Positions 8,383 through 19,246 of a DNA stretch of 39,709 nucleotides are shown piece by piece. The notes below the pieces were generated by a model. That model was not told where the DNA came from, made no database searches, and was given only the letters and a program-made list of their open reading frames with translations. The translations under genes were made by a program, and so were the position numbers. How positions within the stretch are numbered: the stretch's first letter is position 1; each line of letters begins with the position of its first letter. The DNA is from Escherichia phage vB_EcoM_CQ615. The stretch is from the sequence record PQ010280.1; one strand, 5' to 3'.

Positions 8383-8402
8383 TACGACTCACTAAAGGAG
8401 AC
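8380..8402 (+). promoter_or_regulatory. Phage RNAP promoter phi1.6
   Basis: taatacgactcactaaaggagac. Confidence 0.8.
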
Positions 8403-8407
8403 ACTAT

Positions 8408-8668
8408 ATGTTTCGACTTCATTACAACAAAAGCATTAAGAATTTCACGGTTCGCCGTGCTGACCGTTCAATCGTATGTGCGAGCGAGCGCCGAGCTAAG
8501 TTACCTCTTATTGGTAACACAGTTCCTTTGGCACCGAGCGTCCACATCATTATCACCCGTGGTGACTTTGAGAAAGCAGTAGATAAGAAACGTCCGGTTC
8601 TTAGCGTGGCAGTGACCCGCTTCCCGTTCGTCCGTCTGTTACTCAAACGTATCAAGGAGGTGTTCTAA
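8408..8668 (+). CDS. 1.6: gp1.6-like protein
   Basis: 86 aa, [23 protein letters not shown]...; SD aaaggagac upstream. Confidence 0.8.
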   Translation: MFRLHYNKSIKNFTVRRADRSIVCASERRAKLPLIGNTVPLAPSVHIIITRGDFEKAVDKKRPVLSVAVTRFPFVRLLLKRIKEVF

Positions 8669-8995
8669 TGACTATTAACCATAAAGAATATTGTCGCTCC
8701 GTACTTAGCTTTGGGTCGTGCGATTGTGGTGCCACTACGAACCACGTGTCCAACAAACAACAAGACGTAGACGGTGTTCGTACTCCGAGCCATTACATGC
8801 TGTTTGACGACATTGAGGCTATTGAAGTGATTGCCCGTTCGATGACCAGTGAGCAGTTCAAAGGGTACTGCTTCGGGAACGTACTTAAATATCGCCTACG
8901 TGCTGGTAAGAAATCCGAACTGGCTTACTTAGAGAAGGACATGGCGAAAGCTGAGTTCTACGGTGAACTGTACGAGAAACATAAGGATAAGTGCT

Positions 8996-9009
<14 letters not shown>
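8668..9009 (+). CDS. 1.7: gp1.7-like protein (nucleotide kinase family in T7), short form
   Basis: 113 aa; C-terminal about 70 aa (TPSHYMLFDDIEAIEVIARSMT...KYRLRAGKKSELAYLEKD...KHKDKCY) match the T7 gp1.7 C-terminus; N-terminal 45 aa differ; T7 gp1.7 is 196 aa. Confidence 0.75.
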
Positions 9010-9329
<320 letters not shown>

Positions 9330-9332
<3 letters not shown>

Positions 9333-9352
9333 TACGACTCACTATTGGGGGA
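9330..9352 (+). promoter_or_regulatory. Phage RNAP promoter phi2.5
   Basis: taatacgactcactattggggga; variant initiating region. Confidence 0.75.
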
Positions 9353-9398
9353 AGACTCCCTCTGAGAAACTAAACGAAACCTAAAGGAGATTAACATT

Positions 9399-10097
9399 AT
9401 GGCTAAGAAGATTTTCACCTCTGCGCTGGGTACTGCTGAACCTTACGCTTACATCTCTAAGCCGGACTACGGCAACGAAGAGCGTGGCTTTGGGAACCCT
9501 CGCGGTGTCTACAAAGTTGACCTGACTATTCCCAACAAAGACCCGCGCTGCCAACGTATGGTCGATGAAATCGTGAAGTGCCACGAAGAGGCTTATGCTG
9601 CTGCCGTTGAGGAATACGAAGCGAACCCGCCTTCTGTAGCTCGTGGTAAGAAACCACTGAAACCGTATGAAGGCGACATGCCGTTCTTCGATAACGGTGA
9701 CGGTACGACTACCTTTAAGTTCAAATGCTACGCGTCTTTCCAAGACAAGAAGACCAAAGAGACCAAGCACATTAATCTGGTTGTGGTTGACTCCAAAGGT
9801 AAGAAGATGGAAGACGTTCCGATTATCGGTGGTGGCTCTAAACTGAAAGTAAAATACTCGCTGGTTCCGTACAAGTGGAACACCGCTGTAGGCGCGAGCG
9901 TTAAGCTACAACTGGAATCCGTAATGCTGGTCGAACTGGCTACCTTTGGTGGCGGTGAAGATGATTGGGCTGACGAAGTTGAAGAGAACGGCTATGTTGC
10001 CTCTGGTTCTGCCAAAGCGAGCAAACCACGCGACGAAGAAAGCTGGGACGAAGACGACGAAGAGTCCGAGGAAGTAGACGAAGACGGAGACTTCTAA
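9399..10097 (+). CDS. 2.5: Single-stranded DNA-binding protein (gp2.5)
   Basis: 232 aa, MAKKIFTSALGTAEPYAYISKPDYG..., acidic C-terminal tail ending DEDGDF. Confidence 0.95.
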   Translation: MAKKIFTSALGTAEPYAYISKPDYGNEERGFGNPRGVYKVDLTIPNKDPRCQRMVDEIVKCHEEAYAAAVEEYEANPPSVARGKKPLKPYEGDMPFFDNGDGTTTFKFKCYASFQDKKTKETKHINLVVVDSKGKKMEDVPIIGGGSKLKVKYSLVPYKWNTAVGASVKLQLESVMLVELATFGGGEDDWADEVEENGYVASGSAKASKPRDEESWDEDDEESEEVDEDGDF

Positions 10098-10553
10098 GTG
10101 GCTGGCGCATACGCTGCGCGTGGTATCAGAAAGGTCGGGACATTCCGTTCCGGCCTAGAAGATAAGGTCTCTAAGCAGCTAGAGGGTAAGGGTATTAAGT
10201 TCGATTATGAACTGTGGAAAATCCCTTACGTTGTCCCTGCGAGCAACCATGTGTATACTCCAGACTTCCTGCTGCCTAACGGAATCTTTATTGAAACCAA
10301 AGGTTTATGGGAGAGTGACGACCGAAAGAAACACTTATTGATTCGCGAACAGTTTCCTGAACTGGACATCCGTCTGGTGTTCTCAAGCTCACGCACCAAG
10401 CTATACAAAGGGTCTCCGACCAGTTACGGCGAATGGTGTGAGAAGCACGGTATTCTGTTTGCTGACAAATTAATTCCTGTAGAATGGCTCAAAGAACCCA
10501 AAAAGGAGGTGCCATTTGACAAGCTGAAACAATCGAAGGGAGGAAAGAAATAA
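10098..10553 (+). CDS. 3: Endonuclease I, Holliday-junction resolvase (gp3)
   Basis: 151 aa, GTG start right after the 2.5 stop; ...YTPDFLLPNGIFIETKGLWESDDRKKHLLIREQFPELDIRLVF... Confidence 0.93.
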   Translation: MAGAYAARGIRKVGTFRSGLEDKVSKQLEGKGIKFDYELWKIPYVVPASNHVYTPDFLLPNGIFIETKGLWESDDRKKHLLIREQFPELDIRLVFSSSRTKLYKGSPTSYGEWCEKHGILFADKLIPVEWLKEPKKEVPFDKLKQSKGGKK

Positions 10554-11008
10554 TGGCTCGTGTACAGTTTAAACAACGTGAATCCACTGACGCAATCTTT
10601 GTTCACTGCTCGGCTACCAAGCCAAGCCAGAATGTAGGTGTCCGTGAGATTCGTCAGTGGCATAAAGAGCAAGGTTGGCTTGATGTCGGGTATCACTTTA
10701 TCATCAAGCGTGATGGTACTGTAGATGAAGGCCGAGATGAGATGGCTGTAGGTTCTCACGCTAAGGGTTACAACCACAACTCTATTGGTGTCTGCCTTGT
10801 AGGTGGTATCGACGATAAAGGCAAGTTCGACGCTAACTTTACGCCAGCCCAAATGCAATCCCTTCGCTCACTGCTTGTCACACTGCTGGCTAAGTATGAA
10901 GGCGCTGTACTGAAAGCCCATCACGATGTCGCACCCAAGGCTTGCCCTTCGTTCGACCTTAAGCGTTGGTGGGAGAAGAACGAACTGGTCACTTCTGACC
11001 GTGGATAA
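10553..11008 (+). CDS. 3.5: Lysozyme / N-acetylmuramoyl-L-alanine amidase and RNAP inhibitor (gp3.5)
   Basis: 151 aa, MARVQFKQRESTDAIFVHCSATKPSQNVGVREIRQWHKEQGWLDVGYHFIIKRDG...; near-identical to T7 lysozyme. Confidence 0.95.
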   Translation: MARVQFKQRESTDAIFVHCSATKPSQNVGVREIRQWHKEQGWLDVGYHFIIKRDGTVDEGRDEMAVGSHAKGYNHNSIGVCLVGGIDDKGKFDANFTPAQMQSLRSLLVTLLAKYEGAVLKAHHDVAPKACPSFDLKRWWEKNELVTSDRG

Positions 11009-11009
11009 T

Positions 11010-11032
11010 TAATTGAACTCACTAAAGGGAGA
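11010..11032 (+). promoter_or_regulatory. Phage RNAP promoter phi3.8-like
   Basis: taattgaactcactaaagggaga, followed by ccacaacggtttccc leader. Confidence 0.75.
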
Positions 11033-11064
11033 CCACAACGGTTTCCCTTTGTTCGCGTTGTTGA

Positions 11065-12838
<1,774 letters not shown>

Positions 12839-12841
<3 letters not shown>

Positions 12842-12861
12842 TACGACTCACTAAAGGAGAC
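12839..12861 (+). promoter_or_regulatory. Phage RNAP promoter phi4.3
   Basis: taatacgactcactaaaggagac. Confidence 0.8.
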
Positions 12862-12865
12862 ACCC

Positions 12866-13078
12866 ATGTTCAAACTGATTAAGAAATTAGGCCAACTGCT
12901 GGTTCGTATGTACAACGTGGAAGCAAAACGTCTGAACGATGAGGCTCGTAAAGAGGCCACACAGTCACGCGCTCTGGCAATTCGCTCCAACGAACTGGCT
13001 GATAGCGCATCCACTAAAGTTACAGAAGCTGCCCGTGTAGCAAGCCAAGCTCAACAGCTTTCCAAATTCTTTGAGTAA
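12866..13078 (+). CDS. 4.3: gp4.3-like protein
   Basis: 70 aa, MFKLIKKLGQLLVRMYNVEAKRLNDEARKEATQSRA... Confidence 0.7.
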   Translation: MFKLIKKLGQLLVRMYNVEAKRLNDEARKEATQSRALAIRSNELADSASTKVTEAARVASQAQQLSKFFE

Positions 13079-13097
13079 TCAAACAGGAGAAACCATT

Positions 13098-13367
13098 ATG
13101 TCTAACGTAGCTGAAACTATCCGTCTATCCGATACCGCTGACCAGTGGAACCGTCGAGTCCACATCAACGTTCGCAACGGTAAGGCGACTATGGTTTACC
13201 GCTGGAAGGACTCTAAGTCCTCCAAGAATCACACTCAGCGTATGACGTTGACAGATGAGCAAGCACTGCGTCTGGTCAATGCGCTTACCAAAGCTGCCGT
13301 GACAGCGATTCATGAAGCTGGTCGCGTCAATGAAGCTATGGCTATCCTCGACAAGATTGATAGCTAA
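13098..13367 (+). CDS. 4.5: gp4.5-like protein
   Basis: 89 aa from the internal ATG with SD aacaggaga; MSNVAETIRLSDTADQWNRRVHINVRNGKATMVYRWKD... Confidence 0.8.
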   Translation: MSNVAETIRLSDTADQWNRRVHINVRNGKATMVYRWKDSKSSKNHTQRMTLTDEQALRLVNALTKAAVTAIHEAGRVNEAMAILDKIDS

Positions 13368-13408
13368 AGAGTGGTATACTCAAGGTCGCCCAAGTGGTGG
13401 CCTTCATT
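13366..13408 (+). promoter_or_regulatory. Putative RNase III site (R4.7-like)
   Basis: tactcaaggtcgcccaagtggtggccttcatt. Confidence 0.45.
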
Positions 13409-13412
13409 AATA

Positions 13413-13435
13413 CTATTCGACTCACTATAGGAGAT
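13413..13435 (+). promoter_or_regulatory. Phage RNAP promoter phi4.7
   Basis: ctattcgactcactataggagat. Confidence 0.7.
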
Positions 13436-13441
13436 ATTACC

Positions 13442-13849
13442 ATGCGTGACCCTAAAGTTATCCAAGCAGAAATCGCTAAGTTGGAAGCTGAACTGGAGGA
13501 TGTTAAGTACCATGAAGCTAAGACTCGCTCCGCTGTTCATATCTTGAAGAACTTAGGTTGGACTTGGACAAGACAGACTGGCTGGAAGAAACCAGAAGTT
13601 ACCAAGCTGAGCCACAAGGTGTTCGATAAGGACACTATGACCCACATCAAGGCTGGTGATTGGGTTAAGGTTGACATGGGAGTTGTTGGTGGGTACGGCT
13701 ATGTCCGCTCAGTGAGTGGTAAATACGCACAAGTGTCATACATCACTGGCGTTACTCCGCGAGGAGCAATCGTTGCCGACAAGACCAACATGATTCACAC
13801 AGGCTTCTTGACGGTTGTATCGTATGAAGAGATTGTTAAGTCACGATAA
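13442..13849 (+). CDS. 4.7: gp4.7-like protein
   Basis: 135 aa from ATG 13442 (the track ORF extends upstream); MRDPKVIQAEIAKLEAELEDVKYHEAKTRSAV... Confidence 0.8.
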   Translation: MRDPKVIQAEIAKLEAELEDVKYHEAKTRSAVHILKNLGWTWTRQTGWKKPEVTKLSHKVFDKDTMTHIKAGDWVKVDMGVVGGYGYVRSVSGKYAQVSYITGVTPRGAIVADKTNMIHTGFLTVVSYEEIVKSR

Positions 13850-13867
13850 TCAATAGGAGAAATCAAT

Positions 13868-15982
13868 ATGATCGTTTCTGACATCGAAGCTAACGCCCTC
13901 TTAGAGAGCGTCACTAAGTTCCACTGCGGGGTTATCTACGACTACTCCACCGCTGAGTACGTAAGCTACCGTCCGAGTGACTTCGGTGCGTATCTGGATG
14001 CGCTGGAAGCCGAGGTTGCACGAGGCGGTCTTATTGTGTTCCACAACGGTCACAAGTATGACGTTCCCGCATTGACCAAACTGGCAAAGCTACAATTGAA
14101 CCGAGAGTTCCACCTTCCTCGTGAGAACTGTATCGACACCCTTGTGCTGTCACGCTTGATTCACTCTAACCTAAAGGACACCGATATGGGTCTTCTTCGT
14201 TCCGGTAAACTGCCGGGGAAACGATTTGGGTCTCACGCTTTGGAGGCGTGGGGCTATCGCTTAGGTGAAATGAAGGGTGAATACAAAGATGACTTTAAGC
14301 GTATGCTTGAAGAGCAGGGTGAAGAATACATCGACGGAATGGAATGGTGGAACTTCAACGAAGAGATGATGGACTATAACGTTCAGGACGTTGTGGTCAC
14401 TAAGGCTCTCCTTGAGAAGCTACTCTCTGACAAACATTACTTCCCTCCTGAGATTGACTTTACGGACGTAGGTTACACTACGTTCTGGTCAGAATCCCTT
14501 GAGGCCGTTGATGTTGAACATCGCGCTGCATGGCTACTCGCTAAGCAAGAGCGCAATGGATTCCCGTTTGACACAAAAGCAATCGAAGAGTTGTACGTAG
14601 AGTTAGCTGCTAGACGCTCTGAGTTGCTACGTAAATTGACCGAAACGTTTGGCTCGTGGTATCAACCTAAAGGTGGCACCGAAATGTTCTGCCATCCACG
14701 AACAGGTAAGCCGCTGCCTAAATACCCTCGCATTAAGACACCTAAAGTTGGTGGCATCTTTAAGAAGCCTAAGAACAAGGCACAGCGAGAAGGCCGTGAG
14801 CCTTGCGAACTGGATACCCGCGAGTACGTTGCTGGTGCTCCGTATACTCCAGTAGAGCACGTAGTGTTTAACCCTTCGTCTCGTGACCACATCCAGAAGA
14901 AACTCCAAGAGGCAGGATGGGTCCCCACGAAGTACACCGATAAGGGTGCGCCTGTGGTGGACGATGAGGTACTCGAAGGAGTACGTGTAGATGACCCTGA
15001 GAAGCAAGCTGCTATCGACCTCATTAAAGAGTACCTGATGATTCAGAAGCGAATCGGACAGTCTGCTGAGGGAGACAAGGCGTGGCTTCGTTACGTTGCT
15101 GAGGATGGTAAAATTCATGGTTCTGTTAATCCCAACGGCGCTGTTACTGGGCGCGCTACTCACGCTTTCCCTAACCTCGCACAGATACCCGGTGTCCGTT
15201 CTCCTTATGGTGATAAGTGCCGCGCTGCTTTTGGCGCTGAACATCACCTAGACGGTATTACTGGTAAGCCTTGGGTTCAGGCAGGCATCGACGCATCCGG
15301 CCTTGAGTTGCGCTGCTTGGCCCACTTCATGGCTCGCTTTGATAACGGTGAGTACGCTCACGAGATTCTTAACGGTGACATCCACACTAAGAACCAGATG
15401 GCTGCCGAATTGCCTACCCGAGATAACGCTAAGACGTTCATCTATGGGTTCCTTTATGGTGCTGGTGATGAGAAGATTGGACAGATTGTCGGTGCTGGTA
15501 AAGAGCGCGGTAAGGAACTCAAGAAGAAATTCCTTGAGAACACCCCAGCGATTGCCGCACTCCGAGAGTCTATCCAACAAACACTTGTTGAGTCCTCTCA
15601 GTGGGTAGCTGGTGAACAGCAAGTCAAGTGGAAACGTCGGTGGATTAAAGGTCTGGATGGTCGTAAGGTACACGTTCGTAGTCCTCACGCTGCGCTTAAC
15701 ACCCTTCTACAATCTGCTGGTGCGCTTATCTGCAAACTGTGGATTATCAAGACCGAAGAGATGCTCGTAGAGAAAGGCTTGAAGCATGGCTGGGATGGGG
15801 ACTTTGCGTACATGGCATGGGTACATGACGAAATCCAAGTAGGTTGTCGTACCGAAGAGATTGCCCAGGTGGTCATTGAGACCGCACAGGAAGCGATGCG
15901 CTGGGTAGGGGACCACTGGAACTTCCGGTGCCTTCTTGATACCGAAGGTAAGATGGGTCCTAATTGGGCCGTATGTCACTAA
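13868..15982 (+). CDS. 5: DNA polymerase with 3'-5' exonuclease and thioredoxin-binding loop (gp5)
   Basis: 704 aa, [26 protein letters not shown]..., family A pol motifs; T7 gp5 length and sequence. Confidence 0.98.
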   Translation: MIVSDIEANALLESVTKFHCGVIYDYSTAEYVSYRPSDFGAYLDALEAEVARGGLIVFHNGHKYDVPALTKLAKLQLNREFHLPRENCIDTLVLSRLIHSNLKDTDMGLLRSGKLPGKRFGSHALEAWGYRLGEMKGEYKDDFKRMLEEQGEEYIDGMEWWNFNEEMMDYNVQDVVVTKALLEKLLSDKHYFPPEIDFTDVGYTTFWSESLEAVDVEHRAAWLLAKQERNGFPFDTKAIEELYVELAARRSELLRKLTETFGSWYQPKGGTEMFCHPRTGKPLPKYPRIKTPKVGGIFKKPKNKAQREGREPCELDTREYVAGAPYTPVEHVVFNPSSRDHIQKKLQEAGWVPTKYTDKGAPVVDDEVLEGVRVDDPEKQAAIDLIKEYLMIQKRIGQSAEGDKAWLRYVAEDGKIHGSVNPNGAVTGRATHAFPNLAQIPGVRSPYGDKCRAAFGAEHHLDGITGKPWVQAGIDASGLELRCLAHFMARFDNGEYAHEILNGDIHTKNQMAAELPTRDNAKTFIYGFLYGAGDEKIGQIVGAGKERGKELKKKFLENTPAIAALRESIQQTLVESSQWVAGEQQVKWKRRWIKGLDGRKVHVRSPHAALNTLLQSAGALICKLWIIKTEEMLVEKGLKHGWDGDFAYMAWVHDEIQVGCRTEEIAQVVIETAQEAMRWVGDHWNFRCLLDTEGKMGPNWAVCH

Positions 15983-16001
15983 TTCTATAGGAGAGATAGT
16001 C

Positions 16002-16232
16002 ATGGCTACTTGGAAATATAGGATAGTAGAACTTGAAACCACAGAGGGTACTGTCCTGTATTCGCCACAGTTCAGGCACAAGTGGTTCCCGTTCTGGAGT
16101 CACTTTTGCAGCTATGTAGACGAGCGACGACTTGTGTTTGCCGACATCGAAGATGCTAAACGGTTTCTTAGCGAAACACGCGCTAACGATGAACCAGAAG
16201 TTAAGAAAGTAAGAAAAATCCATTCACTCTAA
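16002..16232 (+). CDS. Hypothetical 76-aa protein in the slot T7 uses for gene 5.3
   Basis: ATG 16002 with SD ataggagagatag; MATWKYRIVELETTEGTVLYSPQFRHKWFPFWSHFCSYVDERRLVFADIEDAKRFLSETRANDEPEVKKVRKIHSL; no HNH motif; no family recognised. Confidence 0.6.
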   Translation: MATWKYRIVELETTEGTVLYSPQFRHKWFPFWSHFCSYVDERRLVFADIEDAKRFLSETRANDEPEVKKVRKIHSL

Positions 16233-16245
16233 AGGAGAAATTATT

Positions 16246-16545
16246 ATGGCTATGACCAAGAAATTTAAAGTGTCCTTCGACGTTACCGCTAAGATGACAT
16301 CTGACGTTCAGGCAATCTTAGAGAAAGATATTCTGCACCTGTGTAAGCAGGTTGGCTCCGGCGCTATTGTTCCTAACGGTAAGCAGAAAGAGATGATTGT
16401 CCAGTTCCTGACGCATGGTATGGAAGGACTGATGACCTTCGTTGTTCGAACAGCTTTCCGTGAGGCTATCAAAGATATGCACGAAGAGTATTCCGATAAG
16501 GACTCCTTCAAGCTATCTCCTGCTACTGTACGGGAGGTGTTCTAA
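16246..16545 (+). CDS. 5.5: gp5.5 (H-NS-binding protein in T7)
   Basis: 99 aa, MAMTKKFKVSFDVTAKMTSDVQAILEKDILHLCKQVG... Confidence 0.9.
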   Translation: MAMTKKFKVSFDVTAKMTSDVQAILEKDILHLCKQVGSGAIVPNGKQKEMIVQFLTHGMEGLMTFVVRTAFREAIKDMHEEYSDKDSFKLSPATVREVF

Positions 16546-16754
16546 TGTCCGACTATCTGAAAGTGCTGCAAGCAATCAAGAGTTGCCCTAAGACTTTCCA
16601 GTCAAACTATGTGCGTAACAATGCGAGCCTCGTAGCGGAGGCCGCTTCCCGTGGTCACATCTCATGTCTGACTACAAGCGGACGCAATGGTGGTGCTTGG
16701 GAAATCACTGCTTCTGGTACTCGCTTTCTGAAACGAATGGGAGGGTGTGTCTGA
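16545..16754 (+). CDS. 5.7: gp5.7-like protein
   Basis: 69 aa, MSDYLKVLQAIKSCPKTFQSNYVRNNASLVAEAASRGHISCLTTSGRNGGAWEITASGTRFLKRMGGCV. Confidence 0.8.
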   Translation: MSDYLKVLQAIKSCPKTFQSNYVRNNASLVAEAASRGHISCLTTSGRNGGAWEITASGTRFLKRMGGCV

Positions 16755-16912
16755 TGGTACGTGACACTGTAACAATTCCTCGTGATGCGTGGAACGATAT
16801 GCAGGGTTATATTGATTCTCTGGAACGTGAGAACGATAGCCTTAAGAACCAACTTATGGAAGCTGACGAGTACGTGGCTGAACTAGAGGAGAAACTTAAT
16901 GGCACTTCTTGA
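16754..16912 (+). CDS. 5.9: gp5.9, RecBCD inhibitor
   Basis: 52 aa from the internal ATG overlapping the 5.7 stop; MVRDTVTIPRDAWNDMQGYIDSLERENDSLKNQLMEADEYVAELEEKLNGTS (acidic). Confidence 0.85.
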   Translation: MVRDTVTIPRDAWNDMQGYIDSLERENDSLKNQLMEADEYVAELEEKLNGTS

Positions 16913-17801
16913 CCTAAAACAATTCTACGAGTTACGTGAAGGCTGTGACGACAAGGGTATCCTCGTTATGGACGGTGACTGGTTGGTATTCCAAGCGATG
17001 AGTGCTGCTGAGTTTGATGCCTCGTGGGAGGAAGAGATTTGGCACCGCTGCTGTGACCACGCTAAGGCACGTCAGATTCTTGAGGATTCCATCAAGTCCT
17101 ATGAGACCCGTAAGAAGGCTTGGGTTGGTGCTCCGATTGTCCTTGCGTTCACAGATAGCGTCAACTGGCGTAAAGAACTGGTGGACCCGAACTACAAGGC
17201 TAACCGTAAGGCCACGAAGAAACCTGTAGGTTACTTTGAGTTCCTTGATGCTCTCTTTGAGCGTGAAGAGTTCTATTGTATTCGTGAGCCGATGCTTGAG
17301 GGCGATGATGTTATGGGAGTGATTGCTTCCAATCCGTCTGCATTCGGTGCCCGTAAAGCTGTAATTATCTCGTGCGATAAGGACTTTAAGACCATCCCTA
17401 ACTGTGACTTCCTGTGGTGTACCACTGGTAACATCCTGACACAGACAGAAGAATCAGCGGACTGGTGGCACCTATTCCAGACAATCAAGGGCGACATCAC
17501 TGATGGTTACTCAGGTATTGCTGGGTGGGGCGATACCGCTGAGGACTTCCTGAATAACCCATTCATTACCGAGCCTAAGACCTCTGTGCTTAAGTCTGGT
17601 AAGAATAAGGGGCAGGAGGTAACTAAGTGGGTTAAACGCGACCCTGAGCCACATGAGACGCTTTGGGACTGCATTAAGTCAATCGGAGCGAAGGCTGGTA
17701 TGACCGAAGAGGATGTTATTAAACAGGGCCAGATGGCTCGCATCCTACGGTTCAACGAGTACAACTTTATTGACAAGGAGATTTACCTGTGGAGACCGTA
17801 G
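16899..17801 (+). CDS. 6: 5'-3' exonuclease (gp6)
   Basis: 300 aa, MALLDLKQFYELREGCDDKGILVMDGDWLVFQAM..., FEN-like. Confidence 0.97.
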   Translation: MALLDLKQFYELREGCDDKGILVMDGDWLVFQAMSAAEFDASWEEEIWHRCCDHAKARQILEDSIKSYETRKKAWVGAPIVLAFTDSVNWRKELVDPNYKANRKATKKPVGYFEFLDALFEREEFYCIREPMLEGDDVMGVIASNPSAFGARKAVIISCDKDFKTIPNCDFLWCTTGNILTQTEESADWWHLFQTIKGDITDGYSGIAGWGDTAEDFLNNPFITEPKTSVLKSGKNKGQEVTKWVKRDPEPHETLWDCIKSIGAKAGMTEEDVIKQGQMARILRFNEYNFIDKEIYLWRP

Positions 17802-17902
17802 CATATATTGGCATTGGTCTTTGTGTTCTCGGAATGGGCCTCATTGCGTGGGGCCTTTGGGACTTAGCCCGAATAATCAAGTCGTTACACGACACTAAGT
17901 GA
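17789..17902 (+). CDS. 6.3: gp6.3-like small membrane protein
   Basis: 37 codons from GTG 17789 (SD aaggag 17775-17780), overlapping the gene 6 end; ...AYIGIGLCVLGMGLIAWGLWDLARIIKSLHDTK. Confidence 0.55.
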   Translation: METVAYIGIGLCVLGMGLIAWGLWDLARIIKSLHDTK

Positions 17903-17963
17903 TAAACTCAAGGTCCCTAAATTAATACGACTCACTATAGGGAGATAGGGGCCTTTATGATTA
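17903..17963 (+). promoter_or_regulatory. Putative RNase III site (R6.5-like) enclosing phi6.5
   Basis: aaactcaaggtccctaaat...ggggcctttatgattatt flanking the promoter. Confidence 0.4.
17923..17945 (+). promoter_or_regulatory. Phage RNAP promoter phi6.5 (class III consensus)
   Basis: taatacgactcactatagggaga. Confidence 0.85.
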
Positions 17964-17999
17964 TTACTTTAAGATTTAACTCTAAGAGGAATCTTTATT

Positions 18000-18254
18000 A
18001 TGCTAACACCTATTAACCATTTACTTAAGAACCCTAATGATATTCCAGACGTGCCTCGCGCAACCGCTGAGTATCTACAGGTTCGATTCAACTACGCGTA
18101 CCTCGAAGCGTCTGGTCATATAGGATTTATGCGTGCTAATGGTTGTAGTGAAGCCCACATCTTGGGTTTCATTCAGGGCCTACAGTATGCCTCTAACATC
18201 ATTGACGAGATTGAGTTACGCAAGGAACAACTAAGAGATGATGGGGAGGATTGA
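18000..18254 (+). CDS. 6.5: gp6.5-like protein
   Basis: 84 aa, [38 protein letters not shown]... Confidence 0.8.
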   Translation: MLTPINHLLKNPNDIPDVPRATAEYLQVRFNYAYLEASGHIGFMRANGCSEAHILGFIQGLQYASNIIDEIELRKEQLRDDGED

Positions 18255-18258
18255 CCTT

Positions 18259-18525
18259 ATGTGTTTCTCACCGAAAGTTAAAGTTCCGAAGGTGGATACC
18301 AATCAGATTCGAGCCGTTGAGCCAGCGCCTCTGACCCAAGAAGTGTCAAGCGTGGAGTTCGGTGGGTCTTCTGATGAGACGGATACCGAAGGCACCGAAG
18401 TGTCTGGACGCAAAGACCTCAAGGTCGAACGCGATGATTCCGTAGCGAAGTCTAAAGCCGCTGGTACTGGCTCCGCTCGTATGAAGTCTTCAATCCGTAA
18501 GTCCGCATTCGGAGGTAAGAAGTAA
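18259..18525 (+). CDS. 6.7: gp6.7-like virion protein
   Basis: 88 aa from the internal ATG; MCFSPKVKVPKVDTNQIRAVEPAPLTQEVSSVEFGGSSDETD... Confidence 0.8.
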   Translation: MCFSPKVKVPKVDTNQIRAVEPAPLTQEVSSVEFGGSSDETDTEGTEVSGRKDLKVERDDSVAKSKAAGTGSARMKSSIRKSAFGGKK

Positions 18526-18926
18526 TGTCTGAGTTCACATGTGTGGAAGCCGAAAGTCGATTCCGTGCAATCCAGTGGACTGTAGAGCACCTTGGGTTGC
18601 CTAAGGGATTCGAAGGACACTTTATTGGCTACAGCCTCTACGTTGACGAAGTTATGGACATGTCTGGTTGCCGTGAAGAGTACATTCTGGACTCTACTGG
18701 AAAACATGTAGCGTACTTCGCGTGGTGCGTAAGCTGTGACATTCACCACAAGGGAGACATTCTGGATGTAACGTCCGTTGTTATTAATCCTGAGGCAGAC
18801 TCTAAGGGCTTACAGCGATTCCTAGCGAAACGCTTTAAGTACCTTGCAGAACTCCACGATTGCGATTGGGTGTCCCGCTGTAAACATGAAGGCGAGACAA
18901 TGCGTGTATACTTTAAGGAGGTATAA
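18525..18926 (+). CDS. 7: gp7-like host-range / virion protein
   Basis: 133 aa, MSEFTCVEAESRFRAIQWTVEHLGLPKGFEGHFIGY... Confidence 0.85.
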   Translation: MSEFTCVEAESRFRAIQWTVEHLGLPKGFEGHFIGYSLYVDEVMDMSGCREEYILDSTGKHVAYFAWCVSCDIHHKGDILDVTSVVINPEADSKGLQRFLAKRFKYLAELHDCDWVSRCKHEGETMRVYFKEV

Positions 18927-18929
18927 GTT

Positions 18930-19232
18930 ATGGGTAAGAAAATTAAGAAGGCCGTGAAGAAAGTCACTAAGTCCGTTAAGAAAGTCGTTAAGGAAGTGGC
19001 TCGTCCGGTTAAACAGGTTGCCAGTGGTCTTGCTGGTGGTGCTGGTGAAGCACAGGTAGTGGAAGTGCCACAAGCTGCTGCAACTCCCGCTGCACAGATT
19101 GTTGACGTACCTGAGAAAGAGGTTTCCACTGAGGATGAAGCACAGACCGAAAGCGGACGTAAGAAAGCTCGCGCTGGTGGTAAGAAGTCCTTGAGTGTGG
19201 CCCGTAGCTCCGGTGGCGGCATCAATATTTAA
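18930..19232 (+). CDS. 7.3: gp7.3-like tail-associated protein
   Basis: 100 aa, Lys/Val-rich MGKKIKKAVKKVTKSVKKVVKEVARPVKQ... Confidence 0.85.
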   Translation: MGKKIKKAVKKVTKSVKKVVKEVARPVKQVASGLAGGAGEAQVVEVPQAAATPAAQIVDVPEKEVSTEDEAQTESGRKKARAGGKKSLSVARSSGGGINI

Positions 19233-19246
19233 TCAGGAGGTGACAC

